A DNA stretch of 64,000 bases from a virus. The stretch lies in the IMG/VR virus record IMGVR_UViG_3300050821_005343, positions 13,862 to 77,861 of that record; one strand, given 5' to 3'. This document shows positions 62,833 through 64,000 of the stretch, one piece after another (position 1 is the first letter of the stretch; every line of letters starts with the position of its first letter). A program made the translations under genes and the position numbers. Below the pieces are notes generated by a model, which was not told where the DNA came from, searched no databases, and worked only from the letters and a program-made list of their open reading frames with translations.

Positions 62833-63047
62833 TTCGCCACTTCCCACCACGGCTTAGTCCACACGTCACGTATATTTCTCTCGTGCAGGCATAGGTCGCG
62901 CGCATATCTGCGGCTGCCTACAGCAGGAGCCAAATATCTTACAGTAAAGTCGGCGTGTCCAAACGCGCCTTCGTAGGCACGGCAACCACTCTCATGGTCG
63001 AAAATCTTACCGTCGAGAGCTTCGTATTTCGCGACCTTCCTCATCAC
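62829..63047 (-). CDS. hypothetical protein
   Basis: YEALDGKIFD..C.AYE pattern; coupled to terS. Confidence 0.55.
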   Translation of the reverse strand: MMRKVAKYEALDGKIFDHESGCRAYEGAFGHADFTVRYLAPAVGSRRYARDLCLHERNIRDVWTKPWWEVAK

Positions 63048-63481
63048 TCCTCCTCCTGACCCAGCCGAGTGGCTAAATCCGCAATCCTGCTCTGGACCAG
63101 CTCCCTGGCCGTTACGTTCTCAATGGCAATAGGATGGTTGGCGTCGCCGACCAGCTTGTTAGTCTGAACATCAGCGTATTCATCCGGCGCAAAGTTCTTC
63201 AGTCCGAAGACGATCAGAGTCGCAGAACCTGCCCCACCTCCGTCTTTACGAACTCTATTCGCGTCTTTCTCTAATCCTAAAGTCCTGGCCGCCTTTGCTT
63301 TTCTACACGCTAAGGAAAATTCAGGATAAGCGTCGGCCCACGCTGTGAGGGTGTCGCGATCAACGCCAATTTTGCCGGCGAACCCAGTAAGGGAAAAGCC
63401 GAGGCCGCAGAATGCAACCATCTCCTCGCAATAGCGCGGATCGTATTTGGTAGGCCGCCCTACTGGGGCTGGCATTTGCAT
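63044..63481 (-). CDS. terS: terminase small subunit
   Basis: GRPTKYDPRYCE..G.S...FA..IGV.R.TL..W...YPEF..IVFGLKN. Confidence 0.85.
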   Translation of the reverse strand: MQMPAPVGRPTKYDPRYCEEMVAFCGLGFSLTGFAGKIGVDRDTLTAWADAYPEFSLACRKAKAARTLGLEKDANRVRKDGGGAGSATLIVFGLKNFAPDEYADVQTNKLVGDANHPIAIENVTARELVQSRIADLATRLGQEEE

Positions 63482-63778
63482 TCCTTAGGTTTGTTGGGAT
63501 AATTAGCGTTCAGCCAATCTCTAATTCGCATGGCTTCAGCGGTAGTGATGTGACCATTGAACAGCCAGCCGTGCTTAATATCGACGCCATCACGGCTGAC
63601 CGTAAACTTTGCGCCTGCGACTTCTAGAGGTTTGGTCATTTAGTTGGATTTGCCAAAGCGTATGACCATGTCGTTATAGGGCCTGCCCATATAAGTTCAT
63701 CGGCCAAGTAGACGTAAACGCGATCTACGGTGATATTTATATGCAACCCGTCGAGGTTGGGAACCATGACGCGTTCGG

Positions 63779-64000
63779 TCATTTAAGAGCGTCGCTAAGC
63801 CATTCAAACAACTTAGGATTGTCGCGCATCACTTGGCAAATATTTGGAGAAAGAGCGGTTACAATTAGCTCTTCGCGCCCACCGTCGCCCTTCATATGCC
63901 CCGGCCAGCAGGCATGCAAAACCTCATGCACGACCGTTTCCGCCATCGTCTGAGGCTTCAGCGCTGCATCGATGCGAATGCGCTGCTCGTCGTGGTGGCA
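63779..64000 (-). CDS. HExxH metallopeptidase-like phage protein (partial, runs off window end)
   Basis: Manual translation ..RIRIDAALKPQTMAETVVHEVLHACW..EELIVTAL..RDNP. Confidence 0.65.
   Translation of the reverse strand, partial: CHHDEQRIRIDAALKPQTMAETVVHEVLHACWPGHMKGDGGREELIVTALSPNICQVMRDNPKLFEWLSDALK

Overview
About 64 kb of a temperate siphovirus-type phage, most likely infecting an alphaproteobacterium (Hyphomicrobiales-like). An intact attP (3' end of a tRNA-Leu-like sequence) sits beside a tyrosine integrase with phage genes on both sides, so this is probably the excised or virion form. The left part carries DNA methyltransferase, helicase, exonuclease, SSB, Sak4, Cro-like and repressor genes, plus integrase and excisionase. 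From about 11 to 64 kb the minus strand carries the late region: terminase, portal, MuF, DUF2213 protease/scaffold, capsid, head fibres, tail and lysis genes. Four unusual layers stand out. (1) A candidate virion-glycosylation pathway: ADP-heptose enzymes (split HldE, HldD, a cupin) lie between terminase and portal. Further genes encode a 5-domain GT9/GT-A/methyltransferase/Maf-like enzyme, a radical SAM-methyltransferase and a GT4-like enzyme. The N-terminal domain of the 5-domain enzyme is a paralogue of the small protein encoded right after the major capsid gene. (2) Two paralogous gene pairs, each a small Sec-exported two-Cys subunit plus a large Sec-exported beta-helix protein. In one pair both mature N-termini share a strand (IP[SA]FTLS), suggesting donor-strand-assembled fibres. 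(3) About 13 copies of a 15-bp palindrome, TTGCGT-N3-A(T/C/A)GCAA. Many overlap antisense promoters whose -35 box lies on or beside late-gene start codons, and these promoters drive small morons or structured RNAs. A second repeated promoter family heads HTH-terminated cassettes. (4) A MotA/ExbB-ExbD-like membrane triad, a MuF protein with an inserted JAB-like domain, and a tape measure with many FAxGG motifs and cargo-like repeats. All product calls come from motif recognition by eye; no database searches were run.
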